Source of the DNA: an uncultured Caulobacteraceae bacterium
Lineage (GTDB): Bacteria; Pseudomonadota; Alphaproteobacteria; Caulobacterales; Caulobacteraceae
DNA length: 64,000 bases
Assembly (NCBI GenBank): GCA_964235945.1
Contig: CAXSDV010000003.1
Span: forward strand, 32,601 to 96,600
Direction of reading: 5' to 3'
The number at the start of each line of letters is the position of its first letter. Within the stretch, counting starts at the first letter, position 1. The notes under the pieces are model-generated. The model was not told where the DNA came from. It saw nothing but the letters and a program-made list of their open reading frames with translations, and did not search any database. Below are positions 26,680 to 35,318 of this stretch, one piece after another. The position numbers were made by a program, and so were the translations under genes.

Positions 26680-27788
26680 GCCGGCCCCGCGATGAAGGCC
26701 TCCACCTTGGCGCGCGCCTCCTCGTCGGTGAACTGCACGGCCGGGCTCTTCATGAACCAGGCGGAGGGGCCCTCCAGCGCGCCGCCCACCCCGCGGTCGA
26801 GCGCCAGCTTGGCGCAGCGCACCGCGTCGATCACCACGCCGGCGCTGTTGGGGCTGTCCCACACCTCCAGCTTGAGCTCGATGTTGAGCGGCACGTCGCC
26901 GAAGGTCGTGCCCTCCAGGCGGATGAAGGCGAACTTCCGGTCGGTCAGCCAGGGCACGAAGTCGCTGGGGCCGACGTGGACGTCGCCGGCGGGCAGGGGC
27001 GTCTCCAACTGGCTGGTGACGGCCTGGGTCTTGCTGATCTTTTTGGACTCGAGCCGCTCGCGCTCCAGCATGTTCTGGAAGTCGGCGTTGCCGCCCACGT
27101 TGAGCTGGTAGGTGCGGTCCAGCCGCACGCCGCGCTCGCGGAACAGGTTGGCCAGCACCCGGTGGACGATGGTGGCGCCCACCTGGCTCTTGATGTCGTC
27201 GCCCACGATGGGCAGGCCCGCCGCTTCGAAGCGCGCGCGCCAGGCGGGGTCCGACGCGATGAACACCGGCACGCAGTTGACGAAGCCGCAGCCCGCCGCC
27301 AGCGCCGCCTCCGCGTAGTGCTCCGTGGCCGCCTGGCTGCCCACGGGCAGGTAGGAGATCACCACGTCCGCTCCCGCCTCGCGCAGGGCGGCGGCCACGT
27401 CGCAGGGCGCTTCGGCCGCTTCGGGCACCTCGTCCTTCAGGTACTTGCCGATGCCGTCCAGCGTCGGCCCCCGCCGCACGACCACGCCGCGGGGCTCGGG
27501 CCGGGCGAACACGTGGGTGTTGTTGGGGCCGGCGAAGATCGCCTCCGACACGTCGCGCCCCACCTTGGCGGCCGACACGTCAAAGGCGGCGGCCACCTCG
27601 ATGTCCTCGATGCGGTAGCCGCCCAGGTCCGGGTGCATGAGCCCCGGGACGGGCGCGTTGGAGCGCACGCCCGAATAGTGCGCCAGCCCCTGCACGAAGG
27701 AGGAGGCGCAGTTGCCCACGCCCACGATCCCCACGCGCAGCTTGCGGCGCGACGGTTCGGTCGAGGGGGGGTGCAGCGATCCGTCCAT
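26676..27788 (-). CDS. ino1: myo-Inositol-1-phosphate synthase
   Basis: 370 aa. [112 protein letters not shown]. Near-collinear with mycobacterial/archaeal-type Ino1 as recalled. Confidence 0.93.
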   Translation of the reverse strand: MDGSLHPPSTEPSRRKLRVGIVGVGNCASSFVQGLAHYSGVRSNAPVPGLMHPDLGGYRIEDIEVAAAFDVSAAKVGRDVSEAIFAGPNNTHVFARPEPRGVVVRRGPTLDGIGKYLKDEVPEAAEAPCDVAAALREAGADVVISYLPVGSQAATEHYAEAALAAGCGFVNCVPVFIASDPAWRARFEAAGLPIVGDDIKSQVGATIVHRVLANLFRERGVRLDRTYQLNVGGNADFQNMLERERLESKKISKTQAVTSQLETPLPAGDVHVGPSDFVPWLTDRKFAFIRLEGTTFGDVPLNIELKLEVWDSPNSAGVVIDAVRCAKLALDRGVGGALEGPSAWFMKSPAVQFTDEEARAKVEAFIAGPA

Positions 27789-27870
27789 CCGTGTCCGTAC
27801 GGTCAGCCTCGGGAAGCTTTGTAGCCTAGACGGACGGGCCCGCCCCCGCCAGCGGGTTTGTTGATCCGCC

Positions 27871-27896
27871 GGAACGGGTTATGACAAGGCCACGTT
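27871..27896 (+). promoter_or_regulatory. Consensus EcfG-type general-stress promoter (GGAAC-N17-CGTT)
   Basis: GGAAC gggttatgacaaggcca CGTT is a perfect match to the alphaproteobacterial EcfG consensus. It lies 34 nt upstream of the ATG at 27930 in the ino1-divergent intergenic region. Confidence 0.7.
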
Positions 27897-27898
27897 TC
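27873..27898 (-). promoter_or_regulatory. Reverse-strand reading of the same site: GAAAC-N17-CGTT facing ino1
   Basis: The site is a near-palindrome (GGAACG...CGTTTC). On the minus strand it reads GAAAC gtggccttgtcataacc CGTT, with one mismatch in the -35, about 85 nt upstream of the ino1 ATG (27788). Confidence 0.3.
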
Positions 27899-27929
27899 GG
27901 GCGGGCAACCGCCAAGCCCGGAGAAGCCC

Positions 27930-28199
27930 ATGTCCGCCGCCGAAACCATCATCGACCACGACCAGATCAAGAAGTGGGCCGAGTCGCGCGGCGGCCGCCC
28001 CTCCAAGGTGCAGACCAAGGACGCCCACGACGGTTCGGGCATCCTGCGGTTCGATTTCCAGGAGAAGGACGAGAACCTAGAGGAGATCTCCTGGGAGGAG
28101 TTCTTCCAGATCTTCGACGACAACAAGCTCGCCTTCCTCGAGCAGGACAAGACCGCCAGCGGCGCCACCAGCCGCTTCTTCAAGTTCGTGAAAAGGTAG
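27930..28199 (+). CDS. Small acidic conserved hypothetical protein (stress-regulon type)
   Basis: 89 aa: MSAAETIIDHDQIKKWAESRGGRPSKV...ILRFDFQEKDENLEEISWEEFFQIFDDNKLAFLEQD. I recall similar small proteins widely in Alpha/Betaproteobacteria, often mis-annotated. Visibly lower GC than the flanks. EcfG motif upstream, and SD GGAGAAG before the ATG. Confidence 0.7.
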   Translation: MSAAETIIDHDQIKKWAESRGGRPSKVQTKDAHDGSGILRFDFQEKDENLEEISWEEFFQIFDDNKLAFLEQDKTASGATSRFFKFVKR

Positions 28200-28221
28200 G
28201 CGTCAATGGAGCGACCCGCGC

Positions 28222-29331
28222 GTGGCTGAGACCGTCCTGATCACCGGCGGGGCCGGCTTCATCGGCCGTTACGTGGCCGACGAGCTTCTCGCCCGGGGCT
28301 GCCACGTGCGGGTGCTCGACTCGCTGATCGAGCAGGTCCACGGCGGCCGGGGCCGGCCGCCGGAACTGTCGAAGGAGGTAGAGCTCGTCGTGGCCGACGT
28401 GCGCGACGAAACGGAGGTGCTCAAGGCGCTCCACGGCGTGGACAGCGTGGTCCACCTCGCCGCCGAGGTGGGGGTGGGCCAGAGCATGTACGCGGTGGAC
28501 CGCTACACCTCCGTCAACGACCACGGCACCGCGGTGCTGTTCCAGCAGCTGATCGCCAAGCCCGTGCGGCGGGTGGTGACGGCCTCCTCCATGTCGATCT
28601 ACGGCGAGGGGCTGTACCGCGACGCGGACGGCGCCTTGCACGAAGAGGTGGTGCGTGGGGGCCGCAACGCCGACGGGAGCTGGGACCCGCAGGACGCCCG
28701 GGGCCGCCCGCTCACGCCGGCGCCTACGCCCGAGTGGAAGCGTCCGACGCTGGCCAGCATCTACGCCCTGGGCAAGTACGTGCAGGAGCGCATGACGCTG
28801 ACGCTCTGCCCGCCCTACGGCATGGAGTGCTCGGCCCTGCGCCTGTGGAACGCCTACGGGCCGGGCCAAGCGCTCTCCAACCCCTACACGGGCGTGCTGG
28901 CGATCTTCTCCTCGCGCCTCGCCAACGGCCAGGCCCCGCTCGTGTTCGAGGACGGGATGCAGCAGCGCGACTTCGTGCACGTGCGCGACGTGGCGCGCGC
29001 CTTCGCCGCCGCGCTCTACGAACCCCGGGCGGACGGCCAGGTGTTCAACATCGGCTCGGGCGACGTATTCACGGTCAACCAGGTGGCCGCCGCGGTGGCC
29101 AAGGCCATGGGCGTGGACGCCGAGCCGCAGGTCGCCGGCAAGGCGCGCACCGGCGACATCCGCCACTGCATCCCCGACATCTCCAAGGCGCGCGGCGAGC
29201 TGGGCTTCGCGCCGAGGGAGGACTTCATGGCGGGCCTCGCCGAGCTCGCCGAATGGGTCGGCCGCCAGGAGGCGGTGGACAACGTGGCCCACGCCGCCAA
29301 GGAGCTGGAGACGCGGGGGCTGGTCGTATGA
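28222..29331 (+). CDS. NAD-dependent epimerase/dehydratase (extended SDR) with a large internal insertion
   Basis: 369 aa, GTG start. [27 protein letters not shown] (YxxxK), and a ~40-aa insertion (DADGALHEEVVRGGRNADGSWDPQDARGRPLTPAPTP). Confidence 0.8.
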   Translation: MAETVLITGGAGFIGRYVADELLARGCHVRVLDSLIEQVHGGRGRPPELSKEVELVVADVRDETEVLKALHGVDSVVHLAAEVGVGQSMYAVDRYTSVNDHGTAVLFQQLIAKPVRRVVTASSMSIYGEGLYRDADGALHEEVVRGGRNADGSWDPQDARGRPLTPAPTPEWKRPTLASIYALGKYVQERMTLTLCPPYGMECSALRLWNAYGPGQALSNPYTGVLAIFSSRLANGQAPLVFEDGMQQRDFVHVRDVARAFAAALYEPRADGQVFNIGSGDVFTVNQVAAAVAKAMGVDAEPQVAGKARTGDIRHCIPDISKARGELGFAPREDFMAGLAELAEWVGRQEAVDNVAHAAKELETRGLVV

Positions 29332-30410
29332 GCGACGGCGAGGCCCCCGTCCTCGTCACGGGCGGGGCGGGCTTCATCGGCTGCAACATCGCCGACCGCC
29401 TGCTGCGCGACGGCCACCGGGTGCGCGTCTACGACAAGCTGGCGCGGGCGGGGGTGGAGGCCAACCTCGACTGGCTGCGCGGCCGCCACGGCGACCGGGT
29501 GGAGGCGGTGGTCGCCGACGTGCGCGACCGCGCCGCCCTGGCCGCCGCCGCCCAGGGCGTGTCCGCCGTGTTCCACATGGCCGCCCAGGTGGCGGTCACC
29601 ACCAGCCTCGTCGACCCGGTGGAGGACTTCGAGGTCAACCTGGGCGCGACCCTGGCCCTCTTGGAGGCGCTGCGCGCCCAGGGCGGGCGCATTCCGCTGG
29701 TGTTCGCCTCCACCAACAAGGTCTACGGCGACCTGGCGGACGTGGAGTTCCACCTGGAGGGCGAGCGTTACGTTCCGGCCGACGCGGCGCTCGCGGCCCA
29801 CGGGGTGGGCGAGGGCCGGCCGCTCGACTTCCACACGCCCTACGGCTGCAGCAAGGGCGCGGCCGACCAGTACGTGCTCGACTACGCCCGCAGCTACGAC
29901 CTGCCCACCTGCGTCATGCGCATGTCCTGCGTGTACGGCCCGCGCCAGATGGGCACGGAGGACCAGGGCTGGGTGGCGCACTTCCTGATCCGCGCGCTGG
30001 AGGGCGAGCCGATCACCCTCTACGGCGACGGCCGCCAGGTGCGCGACATCCTGCAGGTGGGCGACGTGGTGGAGGCCTACCTGGCCGCCTGGCGCGACAT
30101 CGAGGCGGTGCGCGGCCGCGCCTTCAACCTGGGCGGCGGGCCGGACAACGCGGTCAGCCTGCGCGAGCTCCTGGCCTACATCGGCGAGCTCACCGGCCGC
30201 CCCGTCGACGTGGCCTACGCCGACTGGCGCCGGGGCGACCAGCGCTACTTCGTCGCCGACATGCGCGCCGCGCAGTCCGCCCTGCGCCTCGCCCCCCGCA
30301 CCGACTGGCGCGACGGCGTGGCGGGCCTGGCCGACTGGCTGGCCGAGCACCGCGGCCTGCGCCGCAACGCCCCCCTTTCCGCCGCGCCCGCCCTCGCCGG
30401 CGCGGGCTGA
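29328..30410 (+). CDS. NAD-dependent sugar epimerase (CDP-paratose 2-epimerase-like extended SDR)
   Basis: Part of ORF 28734..30410, starting at ATG 29328 (ATGA overlap). [63 protein letters not shown]. Confidence 0.8.
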   Translation: MSDGEAPVLVTGGAGFIGCNIADRLLRDGHRVRVYDKLARAGVEANLDWLRGRHGDRVEAVVADVRDRAALAAAAQGVSAVFHMAAQVAVTTSLVDPVEDFEVNLGATLALLEALRAQGGRIPLVFASTNKVYGDLADVEFHLEGERYVPADAALAAHGVGEGRPLDFHTPYGCSKGAADQYVLDYARSYDLPTCVMRMSCVYGPRQMGTEDQGWVAHFLIRALEGEPITLYGDGRQVRDILQVGDVVEAYLAAWRDIEAVRGRAFNLGGGPDNAVSLRELLAYIGELTGRPVDVAYADWRRGDQRYFVADMRAAQSALRLAPRTDWRDGVAGLADWLAEHRGLRRNAPLSAAPALAGAG

Positions 30411-30468
30411 CCTTTCCCCCACGCAGCACGACGACCCGACCGCCTCACGGACGGGCGAAGGACATGCC

Positions 30469-31434
30469 TTGACCGAGACCATGCGCGCCGCCGTCGTCAC
30501 CGGGGCCGGCGTCGCCGAGACCCGCGACGCCCCACGCCCGGAGCCCGGCCCCGGCCAAGTGCGGCTGAAGCTGGAGGGGTGCGGGGTGTGCGCCTCCAAC
30601 CTCGGGCCCTGGTCCGGGCCGGAGTGGATGCAGTTCCCCACCGCCCCCGGCGACCTCGGCCACGAGGGCTGGGGCGCCGTGGACGCGGTGGGCGAGGGCG
30701 TGGAGGGGCTCGCCGTGGGCGACCGGGTGGCGGCGCTCAGCTTCAAGAGCTACGCCCAGTACGATCTGGCCGAGGCCGACGCGGTGGTGCGCCTGCCCGA
30801 GAGTCTGGCCGGCCGCGCCTTTCCGGGCGAGCCGCTGGCCTGCGCCATGAACATCTTCCGCAGGAGCCAAGTGGAGGCGGGTCAGACCGTGGCCATCGTC
30901 GGCATAGGCTTCCTGGGCGCGATCCTGACGCGGCTGTGCGTGCAGGCGGGCGCCCGGGTGATCGCGATCTCGCGCCGCGCCTACAGCCTGCAGGTGGCGC
31001 GCGACATGGGGGCCGCCGAGACCATCCCCATGGACGACCACTGGGCGATCATCGAGCAGGTGAAGCAGCTCACCGACGGCGTGTTCTGCGACCGGGTGAT
31101 CGAGGCGGTGGGCAAGCAATGGCCGCTGGACCTCGCCGCCGAGCTGACCCGCGAGGGCGGGCGGCTGATCATCGCCGGCTACCACCAGGACGGGCCGCGC
31201 CAGGTGAACATGCAGATGTGGAACTGGCGCGGCTTCGACGTGGTCAACGCCCACGAGCGCGACCCGAAGATGTACGTGCGCGGCCTGCGCGAAGCGGTGG
31301 AGGCGGTGAGCTCCGGCCGGCTCGACCCCGCGCCGCTGTTCACCCACACCTACCCGCTGGAGCGGCTGGGCGAGGCGCTGGACGCGACGCGCGACCGGCC
31401 GGACGGCTTCCTCAAGGCGCTGGTGACCCTGTGA
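30469..31434 (+). CDS. Zinc-dependent alcohol/polyol dehydrogenase (MDR family)
   Basis: 321 aa. TTG start preceded by GAAGGA; an ATG at 30481 is an alternative. GCGVCASN, GHEGWG, GDRV, and the Rossmann motif VAIVGIGFLG. Confidence 0.8.
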   Translation: MTETMRAAVVTGAGVAETRDAPRPEPGPGQVRLKLEGCGVCASNLGPWSGPEWMQFPTAPGDLGHEGWGAVDAVGEGVEGLAVGDRVAALSFKSYAQYDLAEADAVVRLPESLAGRAFPGEPLACAMNIFRRSQVEAGQTVAIVGIGFLGAILTRLCVQAGARVIAISRRAYSLQVARDMGAAETIPMDDHWAIIEQVKQLTDGVFCDRVIEAVGKQWPLDLAAELTREGGRLIIAGYHQDGPRQVNMQMWNWRGFDVVNAHERDPKMYVRGLREAVEAVSSGRLDPAPLFTHTYPLERLGEALDATRDRPDGFLKALVTL

Positions 31435-32435
31435 GCGCGCGCCCCCGAGTCGGCTTCCTGGGTGCGGGCTGGATCGGCCGCCACCGCATGGAGGCGATCC
31501 TCGCCACGGGCGCGGTGGAGGCCGTCGCCGTGGCCGAGCCGTCGGACGAGGCCGCCGCGGCCGCCCTGGCGCTGGCGCCCGGGGCCGTGCGCGCGGCCGA
31601 TCTCGACGCCCTGCTGGCCCTGGGCCTGGACGGCGTGGTGATCGCCACCCCGAGCGCGCTCCACGCCGCCCAGACGACCGCGGCGCTGGCGAAGGGCGCG
31701 GCGGTGTTCTGCCAGAAGCCGCTGGGCCGCACCGCCGCCGAGACGCGGGGCGCGGTGGAGGCGGCGCGCGCCGCCGACCGGCTGCTGGCGGTGGACCTCT
31801 CCTACCGCTTCACCGACGGCGCGCGGCGCATCCGCGACCTCGTGCGCGCGGGCGAGCTCGGGCGCGTGTCGGTGTGCGACCTCGTGTTCCACAACGCCTA
31901 CGGGCCGGACAAGCCGTGGTTCTACGACCCCGCCCAGAGCGGCGGCGGGTGCCTGCTGGACCTGGGCGTCCACCTGGTCGACCTCGCGCTGTGGGTGCTG
32001 GACTTCCCGGCGGCGGGGCGCACCACCGCCGCGCTGATGGCCGGCGGCGAGTTCCTGGCCGGGCGCACCGACGTGGTGGAGGACTTCGCCGCCGTCGCTT
32101 TCGCCACGGACGCGGGCGCGCTGGTGCGCCTCGCCTGCTCGTGGAACCTGCCGGCGGGGCGCGACGCGGTGATCGGCGCCGCCTTCTACGGCGAGGGCGG
32201 CGGCGCGGCGCTGCGCAACCTCGACGGCTCGTTCTACGACTTCACCGCCGAGCGCTTCCGCGGCCAGGCGTGCGAGACGCTCACCCTGCCGCCGGAGGGC
32301 GGGGAGCCCTGGGGCGGGCGCGCCGCCGCCGACTGGGCGCGACGCCTCGCGGCCGGCGAGCGCTTCGACCCGCAGGCCGAGCGCCTGGTGGACGTGGCGC
32401 AGGTGCTCGACCGCCTCTACGGGCGCGAGGGGTGA
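31431..32435 (+). CDS. Gfo/Idh/MocA family oxidoreductase
   Basis: Part of ORF 30579..32435, starting at GTG 31431 (GTGA overlap). RVGFLGAGWIGRHR, VVIATPSALHA, FCQKPL (EKP-type motif). Confidence 0.85.
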   Translation: MSARPRVGFLGAGWIGRHRMEAILATGAVEAVAVAEPSDEAAAAALALAPGAVRAADLDALLALGLDGVVIATPSALHAAQTTAALAKGAAVFCQKPLGRTAAETRGAVEAARAADRLLAVDLSYRFTDGARRIRDLVRAGELGRVSVCDLVFHNAYGPDKPWFYDPAQSGGGCLLDLGVHLVDLALWVLDFPAAGRTTAALMAGGEFLAGRTDVVEDFAAVAFATDAGALVRLACSWNLPAGRDAVIGAAFYGEGGGAALRNLDGSFYDFTAERFRGQACETLTLPPEGGEPWGGRAAADWARRLAAGERFDPQAERLVDVAQVLDRLYGREG

Positions 32436-32455
32436 GGGGCGGCGCGCGCCGCCCC
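32436..32455. terminator. Perfect 20-nt GC palindrome between convergent genes
   Basis: ggggcggcgc|gcgccgcccc starts immediately after the Gfo/Idh/MocA stop, 12 nt before the DJ-1 stop. Likely a bidirectional hairpin terminator, though there is no U-tract. Confidence 0.5.
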
Positions 32456-32467
32456 CCGACGGCCGCC

Positions 32468-33034
32468 TCAGGCCGCGGCGCGGTCCGATCGTGTGGTCGC
32501 GCCGAGCGCCTCGATCAGCTTGGCGCAGAAGGCGGGCAGGTCGTCCGGGTCGCGGCTGGTGATGAGGTTGCCGTCGACCACCACCTCCTCGTCGACCACC
32601 TGCGCTCCGGCGTTCTCCAGGTCGGTGCGGATGGTCTTGTAGCTGGTCAGGCGACGCCCCTTGGCCACGCCCGCGTCGATCAGGATCCAGGGCGCGTGGC
32701 AGATCACCGCCGCGGGCTTGCCGGCGTCGAAGAAGGCGCGGACGAACTGCTGCACGGCGGGCAGGGTGCGCAGGGCGTCGGGGTTGTTGGCCCCGCCGGG
32801 CAGCACCAGGGCGTCGAACTTGGCGGGGTCCGCGTCGTCCAGCGTCATGTCCACCGGGCAGGTCTTGTCGGGCTTGATGTGGTCGAAGCCCTGGATCTCT
32901 CCGGACTTCAGCGAGACCACCACCGTCTTGGCGCCCGCCTTCTCCAGTTCGGCCTTGGGGGTGAACAGTTCGGCCTCCTCGAAGCCGTCGGTGGCGAGGA
33001 TGGCGACGGTCTTGCCGGACAGGTCGGCGGGCAT
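32468..33034 (-). CDS. DJ-1/PfpI family protein (type 1 glutamine amidotransferase-like)
   Basis: 188 aa. KTVAILATDGFEE.E, LVLPGG, AAVICHAPWILIDAG (nucleophile elbow C-H), GNLITSR. Confidence 0.88.
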   Translation of the reverse strand: MPADLSGKTVAILATDGFEEAELFTPKAELEKAGAKTVVVSLKSGEIQGFDHIKPDKTCPVDMTLDDADPAKFDALVLPGGANNPDALRTLPAVQQFVRAFFDAGKPAAVICHAPWILIDAGVAKGRRLTSYKTIRTDLENAGAQVVDEEVVVDGNLITSRDPDDLPAFCAKLIEALGATTRSDRAAA

Positions 33035-33069
33035 GGGGCGCTCCTGGAGGTCGGGGATCAGGCCGGCTC

Positions 33070-33095
33070 AACCGGCGTCCGCGGCGGGACGTTCC
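33070..33095 (-). promoter_or_regulatory. EcfG-type promoter-like motif upstream of the DJ-1/PfpI gene, one mismatch
   Basis: The reverse strand reads GGAAC gtcccgccgcggacgcc GGTT (N17; -10 GGTT instead of CGTT), 36 nt upstream of the ATG at 33034. Confidence 0.4.
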
Positions 33096-33099
33096 TCCT

Positions 33100-34185
33100 G
33101 TGAAGCTCGCCATGACCGCCGACGCGGTGGGCGGCGTGTGGACCTACGCCCTGGACCTCGCCCGCGCGCTGCGCCCCCACGGCGTGGAGACGACGCTGCT
33201 GGTCGTCGGCCCCGCCCCCGCCGAGCCGCCCGGCGACTTGGAGGTGGTCGCCACCGGCCTGCCGCTAGACTGGTTGGCGCAGGGGCCCGGCGAGGTGGAG
33301 AGCGCGGGCCGCGCCCTGGCCGACCTCGCGGCGGACGCCCGCGCCGACCTCGTCCAGCTCAACAGCCCGGCCTATGCTGCGGCCGCGCGCTTCGCCGTTC
33401 CGGTGGTGGGCGTGCAGCACTCCTGCACCGCCACCTGGTGGCGCGCGGTCAGGGGCGAGGCTCCCGCGCCCGCCGACTTCGCCTGGCGGCGCGACCTGGC
33501 GCGGCGGGGCCTCCTGGCCTGCGCCCGCACCGTCGCCCCCACCCGCGCCTTTGCGGACGCGGTGGGCGCCGAGTACGCGCTGGAGCGGGCCCCCGCCGCC
33601 GTTTGGAACGGCCGCCGCGCCCTCGTCCCGGACGCGGAGGCGTCCGAGCCCGCCGAGCCCTACGTGATGACCGCCGGCCGGCTGTGGGACGAGTCCAAGG
33701 GCATGGCGGTGCTGGACGCGGCCGCCGCGCGCTTGTCGGTTCCCGTGATCGCCGCCGGCCCGCTGGCCGCGCCCGGCGGCGGGGAGGCGGCCTTCGCGCA
33801 CCTGCGGGCGACGGGGCTGCTGCCCGCGGCCGAACTGCGGGCGCGGCTGGCGGGGGCGGCGGCCTTCGTCTCGCCTTCGCTGTACGAGCCGTTCGGGCTG
33901 GCGGTGCTGGAGGCGGCGCAGCTGGCGCGACCGCTGGTGCTGTCCGACATCGCGACCCTGCGCGAGTTGTGGGACGGGGCGGCGGTGTTCACCCCTCCCG
34001 GAGACGCCCCGGCCCTGACCGCCGCCTTGGAGGCGCTGCTGGCCGACCCGTCGCGCCGCGCGGCCCTCGCCGCCGCCGCCGCCGCCCGCGCCCGCCGCTA
34101 CACGGTGGAGGCCATGGCCCGGGGCATGGCGGCGATCTACGCCCCGTTGACGGGACTCGCCCTCGGGCGGGGATCAGCTACATAG
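33100..34185 (+). CDS. Glycosyltransferase family 4
   Basis: 361 aa; GTG 33100, or ATG 33112. ADAVGGVWTYALDLA..., C-terminal EX7E region FVSPSLYEPFGLAVLEAA. Confidence 0.8.
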   Translation: MKLAMTADAVGGVWTYALDLARALRPHGVETTLLVVGPAPAEPPGDLEVVATGLPLDWLAQGPGEVESAGRALADLAADARADLVQLNSPAYAAAARFAVPVVGVQHSCTATWWRAVRGEAPAPADFAWRRDLARRGLLACARTVAPTRAFADAVGAEYALERAPAAVWNGRRALVPDAEASEPAEPYVMTAGRLWDESKGMAVLDAAAARLSVPVIAAGPLAAPGGGEAAFAHLRATGLLPAAELRARLAGAAAFVSPSLYEPFGLAVLEAAQLARPLVLSDIATLRELWDGAAVFTPPGDAPALTAALEALLADPSRRAALAAAAAARARRYTVEAMARGMAAIYAPLTGLALGRGSAT

Positions 34186-34196
34186 CTCCTCGTCCC

Positions 34197-35318
34197 ATGC
34201 GCATCGCCTACTTCACCCACTCGCTCCGCTCCTGCTGGAACCACGGCAACGCGCACTTCCTGCGCGGCGTGCTGCGCGAACTCGCCCTGCGCGGCCACGA
34301 CGTGCGCGCGTTGGAGCCCGAGACGTCCTGGAGCCTGGAGAACCTCTTGGCCGACGCGGGGGAGGCCGGGCTCGACCCCTGGCGCGCCGCTTATCCCGAG
34401 CTGTCGCCCCAGACCTACGCGCCGGAGACGGACGCGGCGGACCTGATCGACGACGCCGAGCTCGTGGTCGTGCACGAGTGGAACGACCCGGCGCTGGTGG
34501 CCGCGATCGGCCGGGCGCGGGCGCGGGGCGGGCGCTTCACCCTCTTGTTCCATGACACCCACCATCGGGCGGTGAGCGATCCCGAAGCCATCCGCGCCTT
34601 TGATCTCGGCGGCTATGACGGCGTGCTGGCCTTCGGCGAGGCGCTGTCGCAGGTCTACCGCCGTTGGGGCTGGGGCGGGCGCGTGTGGACCTGGCACGAG
34701 GCCGCCGACACCCGCCTGTTCCGTCCGCCCGCGGTCGAGGGGGAGCGCGAGGGCCTGGTCTGGATCGGCAACTGGGGCGACGGCGAGCGCACGGAGGAGC
34801 TGGAGCGGTTCCTGTTCGAGCCCGCGCGCGAGGCGGGCCTGCCGCTGGAGGTGTACGGCGTCCGCTACCCGCCCGAGGCGCTGGCCCTGTTGGAGCGCTA
34901 CGGCGCCGTCCACCGCGGCTGGACCCCCAACGCCCGCGCGCCGGAGATTTTCGCCGCGCACCTGGCCACCGTGCACGTGCCCCGGCGCTACTACACGACC
35001 TTGCTCCCCGGCATCCCGACCATCCGCGTGTTCGAGGCGCTGGCCTGCGGCATACCCCTGGTGTCGGCCCCCTGGCGCGACGACGAGGCGCTGTTCCGCC
35101 GCGGCCAGGACTTCCTGATGGTCGAGGACGGGGAGGCCATGGCCGACGCCCTGCAGGACGTGGCGGAGGACGCCGACCTGCGCGCCCACCTGGTGGAGAG
35201 CGGCCTGCACACGATCCGAACCCGCCACACCTGCGCCCACCGCGCGGACGAGCTCCTGGCGGTGGCCGCCGCCCTGGGCGCGCCCGCCCCCGCCGCCGCC
35301 GAGGTTCCCGCCCCGTGA
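34197..35318 (+). CDS. CgeB-type (DUF3880-like) glycosyltransferase family protein, paralog 1
   Basis: Part of ORF 32661..35318, starting at ATG 34197. MRIAYFTHSLRSCWNHGNAHFLRGVLREL..RGH.V, IGNWGDGER, TIRVFEALACGIPLVS. Confidence 0.7.
   Translation: MRIAYFTHSLRSCWNHGNAHFLRGVLRELALRGHDVRALEPETSWSLENLLADAGEAGLDPWRAAYPELSPQTYAPETDAADLIDDAELVVVHEWNDPALVAAIGRARARGGRFTLLFHDTHHRAVSDPEAIRAFDLGGYDGVLAFGEALSQVYRRWGWGGRVWTWHEAADTRLFRPPAVEGEREGLVWIGNWGDGERTEELERFLFEPAREAGLPLEVYGVRYPPEALALLERYGAVHRGWTPNARAPEIFAAHLATVHVPRRYYTTLLPGIPTIRVFEALACGIPLVSAPWRDDEALFRRGQDFLMVEDGEAMADALQDVAEDADLRAHLVESGLHTIRTRHTCAHRADELLAVAAALGAPAPAAAEVPAP

Noticed and set aside
27803-28183. 126-aa minus-strand ORF antisense to the small acidic protein gene.
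   Set aside because: It has no SD or family resemblance. The plus-strand ORF has a consensus promoter, an SD and a recognisable conserved-protein character.
32436-32455. The 20-nt perfect GC palindrome as a transcription-factor operator.
   Set aside because: It lies between two convergent stop codons, not upstream of any gene. A bidirectional terminator hairpin is the simpler explanation.
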